Assembly: GCA_963716945.1 (NCBI GenBank)
Contig: OY970322.1
Coordinates: 930,001 to 962,000 of the forward strand
DNA from: Candidatus Saccharimonadota bacterium
Lineage (GTDB): Bacteria; Patescibacteriota; Saccharimonadia; Saccharimonadales; UBA4665
Reading direction: 5' to 3'
Length of the DNA: 32,000 nt
The position numbers were made by a program, and so were the translations under genes. Positions 8,588 to 17,002 of the stretch are shown here, piece after piece (position 1 is the stretch's first letter; each line of letters opens with the position of its first letter). The notes under the pieces were generated by a model. The model was not told the origin of the DNA. It saw only the letters and a program-made list of their open reading frames with translations, and made no database searches.

Positions 8588-9469
8588 ATGAGAGAGATGT
8601 CAGGCGCACCCGGTATCGACCCGGCTAAAGCCATATTAATGCCCGAAACCGGCAGCCGGGCCGTCCAGGCCTTCCAGGTCATGAACCAAGACGCCGGCTT
8701 ACCGGTCGTATTCGAGGAAATGTCACTGGTCGAGGCTCTCGACAAGCTGGAAGCCAACGAAGTCGGAGCCGTTTTGGCCGGGGCCAGCCACACTACCGGC
8801 GAGGTAATCGTGGAAGGCATTAAACGGTTTAACCCCAGGCGCAACGAGGACGGGCTGGAAGACCCCAAGGGCCGCCGGCAATTAGTATCATCGTTTTTTG
8901 TCTTCGAAAGGGGCCAAGACGCGCCTTTCGTGATCGCCGACTGCGCCGTCAACGAAAACCCCGAAATCCTGGAACTGGTCCAGATCGCCGAACAAACCGT
9001 CGAGAACAGCCGCAAGCTGGGCATCAAACCCCGCGTGGCGTTCCTATCATACTCGACTTTGGGCAGCGGCCACGGCCGGTCATCGGCCAAGATCCGGGAC
9101 GCCGCCGGTCTGTTCAGGGAAAAGCACCCCGACGTCCCGACTATCGGTGAAGTCCAATTCGACGCCGCCACCGACGCCAGTATTTATGCCAAGAAAACCG
9201 ACGGCCGGACATTCCCGGGCGGCGAACCGCCGAACATCTTTATAGTGCCCAACCTCGATACCGGCAACACGATTTATAAAGTCTTGCAGTCAGCCCACTT
9301 CGGCGGCGGCTGGACGGCCATCGGCCCGCTGCTGCAGGGTTTTGAAGGCGGCCACCAGCTGCATGACCTGTCGCGCGGCGTCAAACCGCAGGCCCTAGAA
9401 GTAATCTGCCGCTACGTCGCCCGTTTAAGCGGCCTGCCCTTGCCCGAGCAACACGACCCCCAGGACTAA
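8588..9469 (+). CDS. short phosphate acetyl/butyryl-transferase-fold protein (Pta/Ptb family), paralogue 1
   Basis: 293 aa. Motifs: SSFFVFE, ADCAVNENP, RVAFLSYSTLGSG, GEVQFDAA, PNIFIVPNLDTGNTIYKVLQ, IGPLLQG and DLSRG. Confidence 0.85.
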   Translation: MREMSGAPGIDPAKAILMPETGSRAVQAFQVMNQDAGLPVVFEEMSLVEALDKLEANEVGAVLAGASHTTGEVIVEGIKRFNPRRNEDGLEDPKGRRQLVSSFFVFERGQDAPFVIADCAVNENPEILELVQIAEQTVENSRKLGIKPRVAFLSYSTLGSGHGRSSAKIRDAAGLFREKHPDVPTIGEVQFDAATDASIYAKKTDGRTFPGGEPPNIFIVPNLDTGNTIYKVLQSAHFGGGWTAIGPLLQGFEGGHQLHDLSRGVKPQALEVICRYVARLSGLPLPEQHDPQD

Positions 9470-10287
9470 CGCCGCGACCGGACCAGCCGGGCCACGGTCT
9501 GGCAAATTCTGTCTAAGGCTTCAGCCGTCACGCCCCTCGACAAGTCATGGAAATCGGCATCTCCGTCAAGCCCTTGCGTCAGCGGGCCGATGGCCGTGTA
9601 GCCGCCCGGCCACTCCAGCGCTTTGTACATCGTATTACCGGTGTCGAGGTTGGGGAATATGATCACGTTGGGGTATTTGCCGTCGCGGTAACCTTGGCCG
9701 TTATTCTTCTTTTTGAATATGTCCTCGTTGGTAGCGGCATCCCATTGAATCTCGCCGTAGGTGATGATCTCGGGGTGTTTCTCGCGAAACAGCTTAACCG
9801 CTGCCTGGACTTTTAAGACCGAAGGCTGCTGGCCGCCGCTGCCGTCGGTCGAAAATGAAATGAAAGCTACCACCGGTTCGTCGCCCAGACGTTTGGCGTT
9901 AGCGCTGGTTTGCTCGGCAATCCGGGCCAGCCGGGCGGCATCCGGGTCGGGGTTAACGGCGCAATCGGCCAGGTACAGGGTCCGTTCGCCGGCCTTCTCC
10001 ATGACAAAGAATGACGAGGCGTCCTTGTTGGCGGCGCCGATTTGCCTGATGGCGGTCAGGAAGACTTCTTTGGAAGGATACGTCGCGCCGACCACCACGG
10101 CGTCAACCTCGCCCTTGTTCAATAAGTCGGCAGCTTCCTGCAGGCTCGTCTTTTCGGCCCTAATGCGCAGACCGCTGTCGGGCGAAGCGTACTTTTCGAC
10201 GTATTCGGCTATGGCCGGGGCGTCAGGCTCCGGCAATAGGATCGTCGGCACGTAGCCGTCATTCGTAATCGCGTCGGTATCGCTCAT
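9466..10287 (-). CDS. short Pta/Ptb-fold protein, paralogue 2
   Basis: 273 aa. Motifs: SSFFVMEK, ADCAVNPDP, VVAFISFSTDGSG, GEIQWDAA, PNVIIFPNLDTGNTMYKALE, IGPLTQG and DLSRG. Confidence 0.85.
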   Translation of the reverse strand: MSDTDAITNDGYVPTILLPEPDAPAIAEYVEKYASPDSGLRIRAEKTSLQEAADLLNKGEVDAVVVGATYPSKEVFLTAIRQIGAANKDASSFFVMEKAGERTLYLADCAVNPDPDAARLARIAEQTSANAKRLGDEPVVAFISFSTDGSGGQQPSVLKVQAAVKLFREKHPEIITYGEIQWDAATNEDIFKKKNNGQGYRDGKYPNVIIFPNLDTGNTMYKALEWPGGYTAIGPLTQGLDGDADFHDLSRGVTAEALDRICQTVARLVRSRR

Positions 10288-10348
10288 AAATATGTATAAT
10301 TACTATATCATTTCTTAACTATTACTAGCTTAAACAAAAGGTCCGCTC

Positions 10349-11623
10349 ATGTCAGAACGTAGCCAAACCATATTTTTACCCGAGGGTGGGCAACCGGTAA
10401 TTGACGCCTTGGGCGCCCACAACACGACCGGTTACGACGTCGAAGTCGGCCATTTGCCGTTGCTTTCGGAGAACGGCCAGCCCGGCGCGCTCGAAAGACT
10501 GGTTAACGGTGATTTCGCGGCCGTCATAGCCGGCGCCAAATACAAGTCGGCCGACGTCGTCAGCGCCGGCATCGAAGTCATCGGCACCGAAGACGGGCTG
10601 GTGTCTTCATTCTTCGCGATGGAAAGCCGCGACGGCAGCGGCGACAAAGTCTTCTTGGCCGACTGCGCGGTCGTACCGGCGCCCGACAAGGAGAAATTAG
10701 TGAAAATCGCGGCCCGCACCTGCGAAAACGTCGAGAAGCTGGGCATCACGCCGGTAGTGGCCTTCTTGTCATCGCCGGGCGAAGGCAGCAGCCGCTACGG
10801 CGATGTCGTGCGTGACGCCGCCGGCCTGTTCCAGGCCCAAAACCCCGGCCGGATTTCAATCGGCGAAGTCCAATGGGACGAGGCCCACGACGAAAGCCTA
10901 TACCAAGCCCGTACCGGCCAGCCCTGGCCCGAAGGCCGCCGGCCCAATGTCCTGGTCTTTCCCAACCTCGACAGCGGCAATATTACCTACAAAATCCTAC
11001 AGGATCCGGACGGCAGCGGCTGGACAACGGCCGAGACCCGGCCCAGCTCCTACGTCATGGAGAAAGACGGGCGCAAAATTTTCCTGTCAAACTGCGGCGA
11101 ACGGCATACGCCAACCAGCCAGGAACTGGTGGAACTGGCCGAGCAGACTTGCGAGGGCGTCGCCGACCCGGTGGTGGCGTTCTTGTCATTTTCGACCGAG
11201 GGCAGTTCGGCCCGGCCGGAAGCCCAAGCCGTCCAGGCGGCCGCCAACGATTTCGGGGCCAGGCATCCGGAAGTTACGACTTACGGCGAGATCCAGTGGG
11301 ATTCGGCGCGGGACGAGCATATTTACCGGCTCAAGACGGGCAAGCAATACGCCGGCGGCAAGGCGCCCAATGTCTTTATTTTCCCGAACCGCGACAGTGG
11401 CGACATCGCCCGCCTGGCCTTGCAAGACGAACGGTCCGGCGGCATGACGGCCATCGGCCCGATGCTCCAAGGCTTTAAGAAAGGCATCCTGCTAATCGAC
11501 CTGTCGCGCGGCGTTAACGAAGAGGCCGGCATCGGCATCATCAAACTGACCGGCCAACTGGCCGGCTTGCAACCGGCCGAAAAACCCGAACCGGCGGAAC
11601 CGCTGGCGGCGGCCGGCACCTAG
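10349..11623 (+). CDS. Pta/Ptb-fold protein, paralogue 3, with internally duplicated domain II
   Basis: 424 aa. Residues about 86-228 and about 233-368 each align to the SSFF..G(W/Y)TA segment of the paralogues. IGPMLQG and DLSRG occur only once, after copy B. Confidence 0.85.
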   Translation: MSERSQTIFLPEGGQPVIDALGAHNTTGYDVEVGHLPLLSENGQPGALERLVNGDFAAVIAGAKYKSADVVSAGIEVIGTEDGLVSSFFAMESRDGSGDKVFLADCAVVPAPDKEKLVKIAARTCENVEKLGITPVVAFLSSPGEGSSRYGDVVRDAAGLFQAQNPGRISIGEVQWDEAHDESLYQARTGQPWPEGRRPNVLVFPNLDSGNITYKILQDPDGSGWTTAETRPSSYVMEKDGRKIFLSNCGERHTPTSQELVELAEQTCEGVADPVVAFLSFSTEGSSARPEAQAVQAAANDFGARHPEVTTYGEIQWDSARDEHIYRLKTGKQYAGGKAPNVFIFPNRDSGDIARLALQDERSGGMTAIGPMLQGFKKGILLIDLSRGVNEEAGIGIIKLTGQLAGLQPAEKPEPAEPLAAAGT

Positions 11624-11716
11624 GCCGTGGGCCGAGCCAATAATATTTCTAACTGCGGCTACCTGGACGGTCGTTTATTGTAGGTTTACAATTAACTTAT
11701 CTAAGCAAGGGGGTTT

Positions 11717-12340
11717 ATGTTTACATTACCGGATTTGCCATATGATTACGATGCGTTCGGCAAATACATCAGCAAAGACATCATGGAGCTGCACCACAGC
11801 AAGCACCACCAGACATACGTCGACAAGCTTAATGCCGCTTTGGAAAAAGCGCCGGAACTGCAGTCCAAATCGGTCGAGGAGCTGATCAGCAACCTGGACA
11901 GCGTTCCGGGCTGAGATCCGCACCGCCGTCCGTAACCATGGCGGTGGCCATTATAACCACAGCCTGTTCTGGAAATGGATGTCGCCCGATGGCGGCAGCG
12001 AACCGACCGGACAGCTGGCTGATGCGCTCAAGGCCAAGTATGGCGGCTTTCAAGGCATTCATGGATGCTTTCGGCGAAAAGGCGCTGGGCGTCTTCGGCA
12101 GCGGCTGGGTATGGCTGCAGCCCGATCTGTCAATCGTCAGCTCACCCAACCAGGACTCACCGCTCAATGACCGGCGGACCGAAGCCGATCCTCGGCCTGG
12201 ACGTCTGGGAACATGCCTACTACCTGGACTACACTTACAAGCGCGCCGACTACATAAAAGCCTGGTGGCACGTGGTCAATTGGGACGAAGTCGCCGCCCG
12301 CTTCGCCGCCGGTTCCCAGAAGCCGGGCTTAGGCCAATAG
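11717..12340 (+). pseudogene. sodA: Fe/Mn superoxide dismutase, reading frame broken by three single-nucleotide insertions
   Basis: SOD sequence runs through frames 2, 0, 1 and back to 2: [23 protein letters not shown] (11717-11911), EIRTAVRNHGGGHYNHSLFW..KYGGFQ (11913-12053), [27 protein letters not shown] (12055-12165), [29 protein letters not shown] (12167-12340). The frame switches fall at about 11908-11912, 12054/55 and 12166/67. Confidence 0.85.
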
Positions 12341-13552
12341 CTCCTCGGGAACTTTCAGGTAAGGCATAAACTCTTCCTCCGGCCATAGGTCTTCCTTGAC
12401 GCCGGCTATGACTGCCGCGTGTTCAATGTCATCGTCGTCTACCGAACCGGTATCGGCGATAACTTCTCTGAGCTGGTCTACCGACACGTGCCGGGCGATT
12501 ACCTTTTTATGCGATCGATCGAGCGACCGGAACAGCTCATTGACCAGCAGCCATTTAGCCCTCACGGCGACGACATCCTCTAGCGAAACGCCTTTTAGGA
12601 TATCGGCCGGCAATTCCCGGTCGGCCACTTCCTGCTGGATAGCGCATAGCCTCGGCCTCATCCCGTCCATCAGCTGCTGGTTATAGCGGTCTTTGACTTC
12701 GGCCACATAGTCATCCCAGTTGAATATATGCTCGAATTTAGTTACGCTGGGGGCCCGTTTTGTCCGCGACAGCAAGGCAACGGCCTCTTTGGTCGGTGCC
12801 CGGCCGCCGTTCGCCCGCATGAAGTTCAAGCCCCATTGTTTATAATCTTCGGGTTTCATACTTAACACGTCGACATAGCCGTTCATGGTCATAGCCCGTA
12901 TCGGCGTGGTACCGTCACGGCTATAAACTTTGCAGCTGGGGCCCAGGCCGGCTTTAGCCCGGCGGTTGATCTCGGCGTTGAGTCCGACATAGCTTGTCCG
13001 GCCCTCGTTTTCTTGCAGCAAGTCCAGGAAAACCCTCTCGGCATAATCGGCTTTTTGTTGTGCGGTCCACGAGTCATAAGCGTAGCGTCTGTGTTCCGGC
13101 ACCGCTTCCACGGCCGCATAAAACGCGGACACCGAGCCGAAGCGTTCACCGTTATAGAGCTTGCCCTCGGAACTCCCAATCCCCAGGTAGCAAGCCTGCC
13201 TTATCACCTGTAGGGTCAAATTGCTGGTAACCTGGCCGGGCTGCCTCGTGACACCGTCCAGCCAGCGGCCATAGCAGATATAGTCATCCCGGGTCCAGGC
13301 CTCGGTGTCCAAATGCTCGTAAGCGTCGGGCTCTATGGCGCCGTACTTTTTGACATCCAGCAGGGCCGGCAGCGGAACTATGCCGCCGTCTTCGGGTTTT
13401 TGCTCTAGAATTACGGCCTCGGCCAGCAAAAGTTTGCCGGCGCCATACAACTGCACCAGGTTAGGCGGTCCCTCGCCGGCCTCAGCCCGCTCAATCGGGC
13501 CTTGGGCGGCGTAAAGATTGCCTGTCTCTAATTCGAAGTGAAAACTATTCAT
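12329..13552 (-). CDS. hypothetical 407-aa protein with three degenerate internal repeats
   Basis: Long ORF. Repeat units lie at about aa 86-150, 162-230 and 233-288, each with W/K..DY..G(R)xP(T/S)..(A/G)PS..F(G)..(W)..Y(V/A)A(E)V. No catalytic motif recognised. Confidence 0.7.
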   Translation of the reverse strand: MNSFHFELETGNLYAAQGPIERAEAGEGPPNLVQLYGAGKLLLAEAVILEQKPEDGGIVPLPALLDVKKYGAIEPDAYEHLDTEAWTRDDYICYGRWLDGVTRQPGQVTSNLTLQVIRQACYLGIGSSEGKLYNGERFGSVSAFYAAVEAVPEHRRYAYDSWTAQQKADYAERVFLDLLQENEGRTSYVGLNAEINRRAKAGLGPSCKVYSRDGTTPIRAMTMNGYVDVLSMKPEDYKQWGLNFMRANGGRAPTKEAVALLSRTKRAPSVTKFEHIFNWDDYVAEVKDRYNQQLMDGMRPRLCAIQQEVADRELPADILKGVSLEDVVAVRAKWLLVNELFRSLDRSHKKVIARHVSVDQLREVIADTGSVDDDDIEHAAVIAGVKEDLWPEEEFMPYLKVPEELLA

Positions 13553-13738
13553 AACACCGTATGCCGGCCTGCCGGTTAATACACCCGAAACCAGTACCGG
13601 TATATTATATTAACATCTTAATGACAAAATATCAATATTAGACGGTTCAGGATAGTCCAATTCTGTGCCATAAAATTTAAATTAATAAAATTATGTGATT
13701 TAATAGTTTTTTAATTTTTGTCGGTAATAATACTTCGT

Positions 13739-14452
13739 ATGCAAATATTACCGAAAGTCTTATTGGTCGAGGACGACCGCGGTATCGCCGGCGCCTTGTC
13801 GCAAGCCCTCCAAAGCAGTCATGACATTGATGTGGCGGCGACCGGCCAGCTGGCCTTTTACAAGACGGACGCCGCCCATTACGACATTCTGGTCTTGGAC
13901 TTGGATCTGCCCGACATGTCCGGCTTGTCGGTTTGCCAACGGCTGCGCGAAGGCGGCTTCCGGACGCCGATCCTGGTACTGACGGCAGACAGTCGGACGC
14001 TGACCAAAATCAACCTGCTGGATGCCGGAGCTAACGATTACCTGACTAAGCCGTTTAGCCTGGGCGAGTTCAAGGCCCGGTTGAGAGTTCTGGCGCGGGC
14101 TGCCGACCGCCAACCGGCCAAGCCGGCGGCCAACCTGGCGATCAGCGGCCTGGCACTCAACCGCCAGACTCACGAAGTCAGCCGTGACGGCATCAAGCTA
14201 AAACTCAGGCGCAAAGAGTTCGCCATCCTGGAGTACCTGATGGAGCACGCCGGTTCGGTCGTGACCCGGCGGGGGCTGACCCGCTACGCCTGGTACGGCG
14301 CGGAGGACCTGTGGACCAATACTGTCGACGTGCATGTCAAGCACTTGCGCGACAAAGTCGACCGGCCCTTTGGCCGGCCGCTGATACGGACCGTCCATGG
14401 CATAGGCTATAAGCTGGAAGTCATACCGGCCCTCCCGCCTGATAAGGCATAA
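13739..14452 (+). CDS. OmpR/PhoB-family response regulator
   Basis: Receiver domain (VLLVEDD, LVLDLDLPDMSG, LTKPF) plus winged-helix domain (LRRKEFAILEYLMEH, VDVHVKHLRDKV, IRTVHGIGYKL). ATG 13739 is preferred over the in-frame TTG 13718. Confidence 0.9.
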   Translation: MQILPKVLLVEDDRGIAGALSQALQSSHDIDVAATGQLAFYKTDAAHYDILVLDLDLPDMSGLSVCQRLREGGFRTPILVLTADSRTLTKINLLDAGANDYLTKPFSLGEFKARLRVLARAADRQPAKPAANLAISGLALNRQTHEVSRDGIKLKLRRKEFAILEYLMEHAGSVVTRRGLTRYAWYGAEDLWTNTVDVHVKHLRDKVDRPFGRPLIRTVHGIGYKLEVIPALPPDKA

Positions 14453-14460
14453 AGGCGGCT

Positions 14461-15156
14461 ATGCAGGAACTGCTTAACTACGAACACCTGAGGGAATTAC
14501 AGCATTTCGCTAAGCTGGGCCGCATGAGCGCCAGCTTGCTGCACGAAATCAGCAACCCCTTAACGGCGGCTATGCTGAACCTGGAACTGGGTGACAAGCA
14601 ATCGGCAGCCGTGCGGCGGGCCAGGCAAGATATGCAAACGATGCGGCGTTACGTCGAAGCCGCCCGGCAGCAGGTCAGGCTGCAAGGCAAGGCCGGTACT
14701 TTCCATGTCCGGCCGCAGCTTGACCAGGTAAGGCGCATTTTGATACCGCTAGCCAGAAGAGAGGGGGTCAGGCTTGAAATCGGTCCGGTAGCCGACTGCC
14801 GGCTGCACGGGGATCCGGTTAAGTTCCAGCATATAATTTCCAACCTGGCGGTCAACGCCATAGAAGCTTACGACGATAATTGCGGCCGGCCTAAAACCGT
14901 GCGGCTGTCAGTCGACCGGCATCAAGGCCGGCTGGTTATTGAAGTAACCGACTACGGCAGGGGCATCCCGCCCGAAAATCTGCCGCGGCTGTTCGAAGCC
15001 TTTTACAGCACCAAAGGCCAGTCCTGCGGTCTGGGCATCGGCCTGGCAATCGTCAAGCAATACGTGAGCGATGATTTTCGAGGTTCCATCAGGGCGGCCA
15101 GCTCGGCGCGACGCGGCACGCGGTTTACCATCACGCTGCCGGCCGCCGAGACATAG
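14461..15156 (+). CDS. soluble histidine kinase lacking TM/sensor domain
   Basis: 231 aa. H-box SASLLHEISNPL starts about 24 aa from the N-terminus. N-box ISNLAVNAIEA, G1 DYGRGIP, F-box FEAFYSTK, G2 GLGIGLAIVKQYV. No hydrophobic segment. Confidence 0.85.
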   Translation: MQELLNYEHLRELQHFAKLGRMSASLLHEISNPLTAAMLNLELGDKQSAAVRRARQDMQTMRRYVEAARQQVRLQGKAGTFHVRPQLDQVRRILIPLARREGVRLEIGPVADCRLHGDPVKFQHIISNLAVNAIEAYDDNCGRPKTVRLSVDRHQGRLVIEVTDYGRGIPPENLPRLFEAFYSTKGQSCGLGIGLAIVKQYVSDDFRGSIRAASSARRGTRFTITLPAAET

Positions 15157-15256
15157 GCATATTCAAACCAATGTCGGAATTCTTACATCTTCGGTTTTTG
15201 AGACTGCTATAATTCATAACCATGATTAAAAAGTCCTTAAATATAGAAGGTGAGAT

Positions 15257-15691
15257 TTGACGCATTACGCGATAAACATCTCCCCGCCGCCGGCCAGCTC
15301 TCATAGATTTCTTATCGGGCCGCCCCTGTTCGTAGTATCACTGTTTTGTTTCGCTTTCGTGTTGATGCAGCCCCATAATCCGGCCCAGGCCAAGACGGCG
15401 GCTGCCAGCCAAGCGGCAGCCGGCTCTTTTAGCAATAAGCCCTCGCTCTCCCAGCCTTCTCAAACTACTCTTCCAAAGCTTTCTCAAGAACCGGTGATGC
15501 CGTCCCCGACCCCGGTGACGGCCTCCGCCACGGCCTCCGCCTCAAGCTCCGCATTATCAACCACCTCACAAGCAGCCGGCAGCGCCGCCACCACGAGCCT
15601 ACAATCGGCCAAGCCCAATAATAATCAAACAGCCGGCAACCAGCTCAAAATAAACCTTAATAACGTTACCAACGTCGACCTGTTCAAGTAG
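15257..15691 (+). CDS. small membrane-anchored protein with S/T/A/P/Q-rich low-complexity tail (TTG start)
   Basis: GAAGGTGA Shine-Dalgarno sequence just upstream of TTG 15257. One hydrophobic helix (LFVVSLFCFAFVLM) followed by about 100 aa of low complexity. Confidence 0.5.
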   Translation: MTHYAINISPPPASSHRFLIGPPLFVVSLFCFAFVLMQPHNPAQAKTAAASQAAAGSFSNKPSLSQPSQTTLPKLSQEPVMPSPTPVTASATASASSSALSTTSQAAGSAATTSLQSAKPNNNQTAGNQLKINLNNVTNVDLFK

Positions 15692-15699
15692 GGGCCGGT

Positions 15700-16356
15700 T
15701 CAAGAGCCGTCGGAAGCGGGCCGATTGGCCGACCGCCAGGCTTCGATTGCGCCGTGGTGGCCGCTCAGCAGGACGTCCGGCACTTTTCGGCCGCGGAAGT
15801 CTTCCGGCCGGGTGTATTGCGGGAACTCTATGGTCACGTCATCCTGTTGGAATGATTCGATGTCGGCCGAATGCTCGCCGCCCAGTACGCCGGGCAGCAG
15901 CCGCACCACCGAGTCGATAATGACCATGGCCGGCAGTTCGCCGCCGGTCAAAACGTAGTTGCCGATACGGAAACTCTCGTCGACCCAGTCCGTAATTCGC
16001 TCGTCGTAGCCTTCGTAACGCGGGCAGATTACGATCAGGCCCTCGGCTCCGGCCAGCCGTTTGGCGTCCGATTGCTTGTAAAGCTTGCCGCGGGGCGTCG
16101 GCAGCAGAACTTTGGCCGAGGGGTCGGCCTGCCTGGCCTTTTCGATAGCCGCTACCAGCGGTTCCACCATTAGCAACATGCCGTCGCCGCCGCCGTAGGG
16201 CGTATCGTCAACCTGTCGCCGCGGCCCCAGACCGAACTCGCGCAAATTGATTATTTCGTAGGCTGCCAGCTCTTTGTCTTGGGCCTTCCATAGCATACTG
16301 CTGCCCAGCACGCCGGTGAACATCTCCGGAAACAGGGTAATGATCTGGATTTTCAT
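15700..16356 (-). CDS. trmD: tRNA (guanine37-N1)-methyltransferase
   Basis: 218 aa. MKIQIITLFPEMF, DDTPYGGGDGMLL, EGYDERI and LLSGHHGAIEAWR are typical TrmD blocks. Confidence 0.93.
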   Translation of the reverse strand: MKIQIITLFPEMFTGVLGSSMLWKAQDKELAAYEIINLREFGLGPRRQVDDTPYGGGDGMLLMVEPLVAAIEKARQADPSAKVLLPTPRGKLYKQSDAKRLAGAEGLIVICPRYEGYDERITDWVDESFRIGNYVLTGGELPAMVIIDSVVRLLPGVLGGEHSADIESFQQDDVTIEFPQYTRPEDFRGRKVPDVLLSGHHGAIEAWRSANRPASDGS

Positions 16357-16363
16357 CTAGCGT

Positions 16364-16900
16364 CTAGAGGTCAAGGTCGTCGAGGTCGGCCAGCTCCTGG
16401 CGGGCCTGGGCCAAACGGTCGCTGGTCTGGTCTTCTTCCGAAATCCCGGCTTCGGGCTCCTTGTCGGCAACAGCCGGTTCTTCCCTATCGGCCGGCGCCG
16501 CGTCTTCTTCGCTCGTATCCGGCTTCTCAGTATCCGAGCCGTCTTCGCTAACGGACGGAGCAGGTTCGTCAGCGGCCGCGTTATCGTCATCATCGTCAGA
16601 CGGCTTGGTTGTAGGAGCCGGCTTGGCTGCGTCGCCCTGCCCGTGGTCGAGCGGCCCGTTGTCGATAATTTTAAGATTATAACGGGCGTCATTCTTAGTG
16701 CCGAGCGCGCGCAGCAAGGTACGCAGCGATTGGGCGGTCGCGCCGCGCTTACCGATGACGCGGCCCAAGTCTTCGGGGTCGACCGTCAGTTCCAGGAGCA
16801 CGCCCTTTTCGTCGATTCGCCGGTCAATATGTACGGCGTCGGGTTTGCCCACCAAAGATTTAACTACATATTCTATAAATTGTTGGTCGATTTCGCTCAT
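16364..16900 (-). CDS. KH-domain RNA-binding protein (YlqC/UPF0109-like) with about 100-aa acidic C-terminal extension
   Basis: The N-terminal 80 aa contain VKSLVGKPDAV..LLELTVDPEDLGRVIGKRGATAQSLRTLL (a GxxG KH core). The gene sits in the conserved rpsP-KH-trmD position. The tail is D/E/A/P-rich. Confidence 0.85.
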   Translation of the reverse strand: MSEIDQQFIEYVVKSLVGKPDAVHIDRRIDEKGVLLELTVDPEDLGRVIGKRGATAQSLRTLLRALGTKNDARYNLKIIDNGPLDHGQGDAAKPAPTTKPSDDDDDNAAADEPAPSVSEDGSDTEKPDTSEEDAAPADREEPAVADKEPEAGISEEDQTSDRLAQARQELADLDDLDL

Positions 16901-16949
16901 GTGGCAGACTCCTGTAGGTTAATTAGTGGTTTCCCTCCGTACTCAACCA

Positions 16950-16958
16950 ATTATAGCA
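16950..16958 (-). promoter_or_regulatory. possible internal extended -10 promoter (TGcTATAAT) between rpsP and the KH gene
   Basis: Minus-strand sequence reads tttGCTATAATtgg. The KH gene downstream has an AGGAG 8 nt before its ATG. Confidence 0.3.
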
Positions 16959-17002
16959 AACCGCTGGCGCCGGAATGTGAAATTTCTTGCCTTTGGAGGG
17001 GT

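Noticed and set aside
11909-11935. Programmed +1 frameshift (prfB-like, slip before an in-frame UGA) or UGA recoding at the first sod break
   Set aside because: Reading through TGA in the original frame hits TAA seven codons later. The other two breaks have no adjacent stop or slippery heptamer. TGA is a normal stop for glmM, the aminotransferase and the alpha/beta hydrolase in this window.
11938-12369. 143-aa ORF listed in the track as if it were a separate gene
   Set aside because: Its only meaningful part ([27 protein letters not shown]) is the third-quarter segment of the frameshifted SOD. The rest is out-of-frame read-through.
13553-13738. 186-bp strongly AT-rich stretch considered as an ncRNA gene or mobile-element scar
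   Set aside because: It shows no inverted terminal repeats, no direct-repeat flanks and no stable conserved-looking stem-loops. Its position between two divergent genes fits a plain bidirectional promoter region, and I could not assign unambiguous -35/-10 boxes.
13718-13738. TTG 13718 as the response-regulator start (MSVIILRMQIL..)
   Set aside because: The extension lies in AT-rich promoter-like sequence, and the receiver domain normally begins 2-5 residues before the (V/I)LLVEDD strand. ATG 13739 is preferred.
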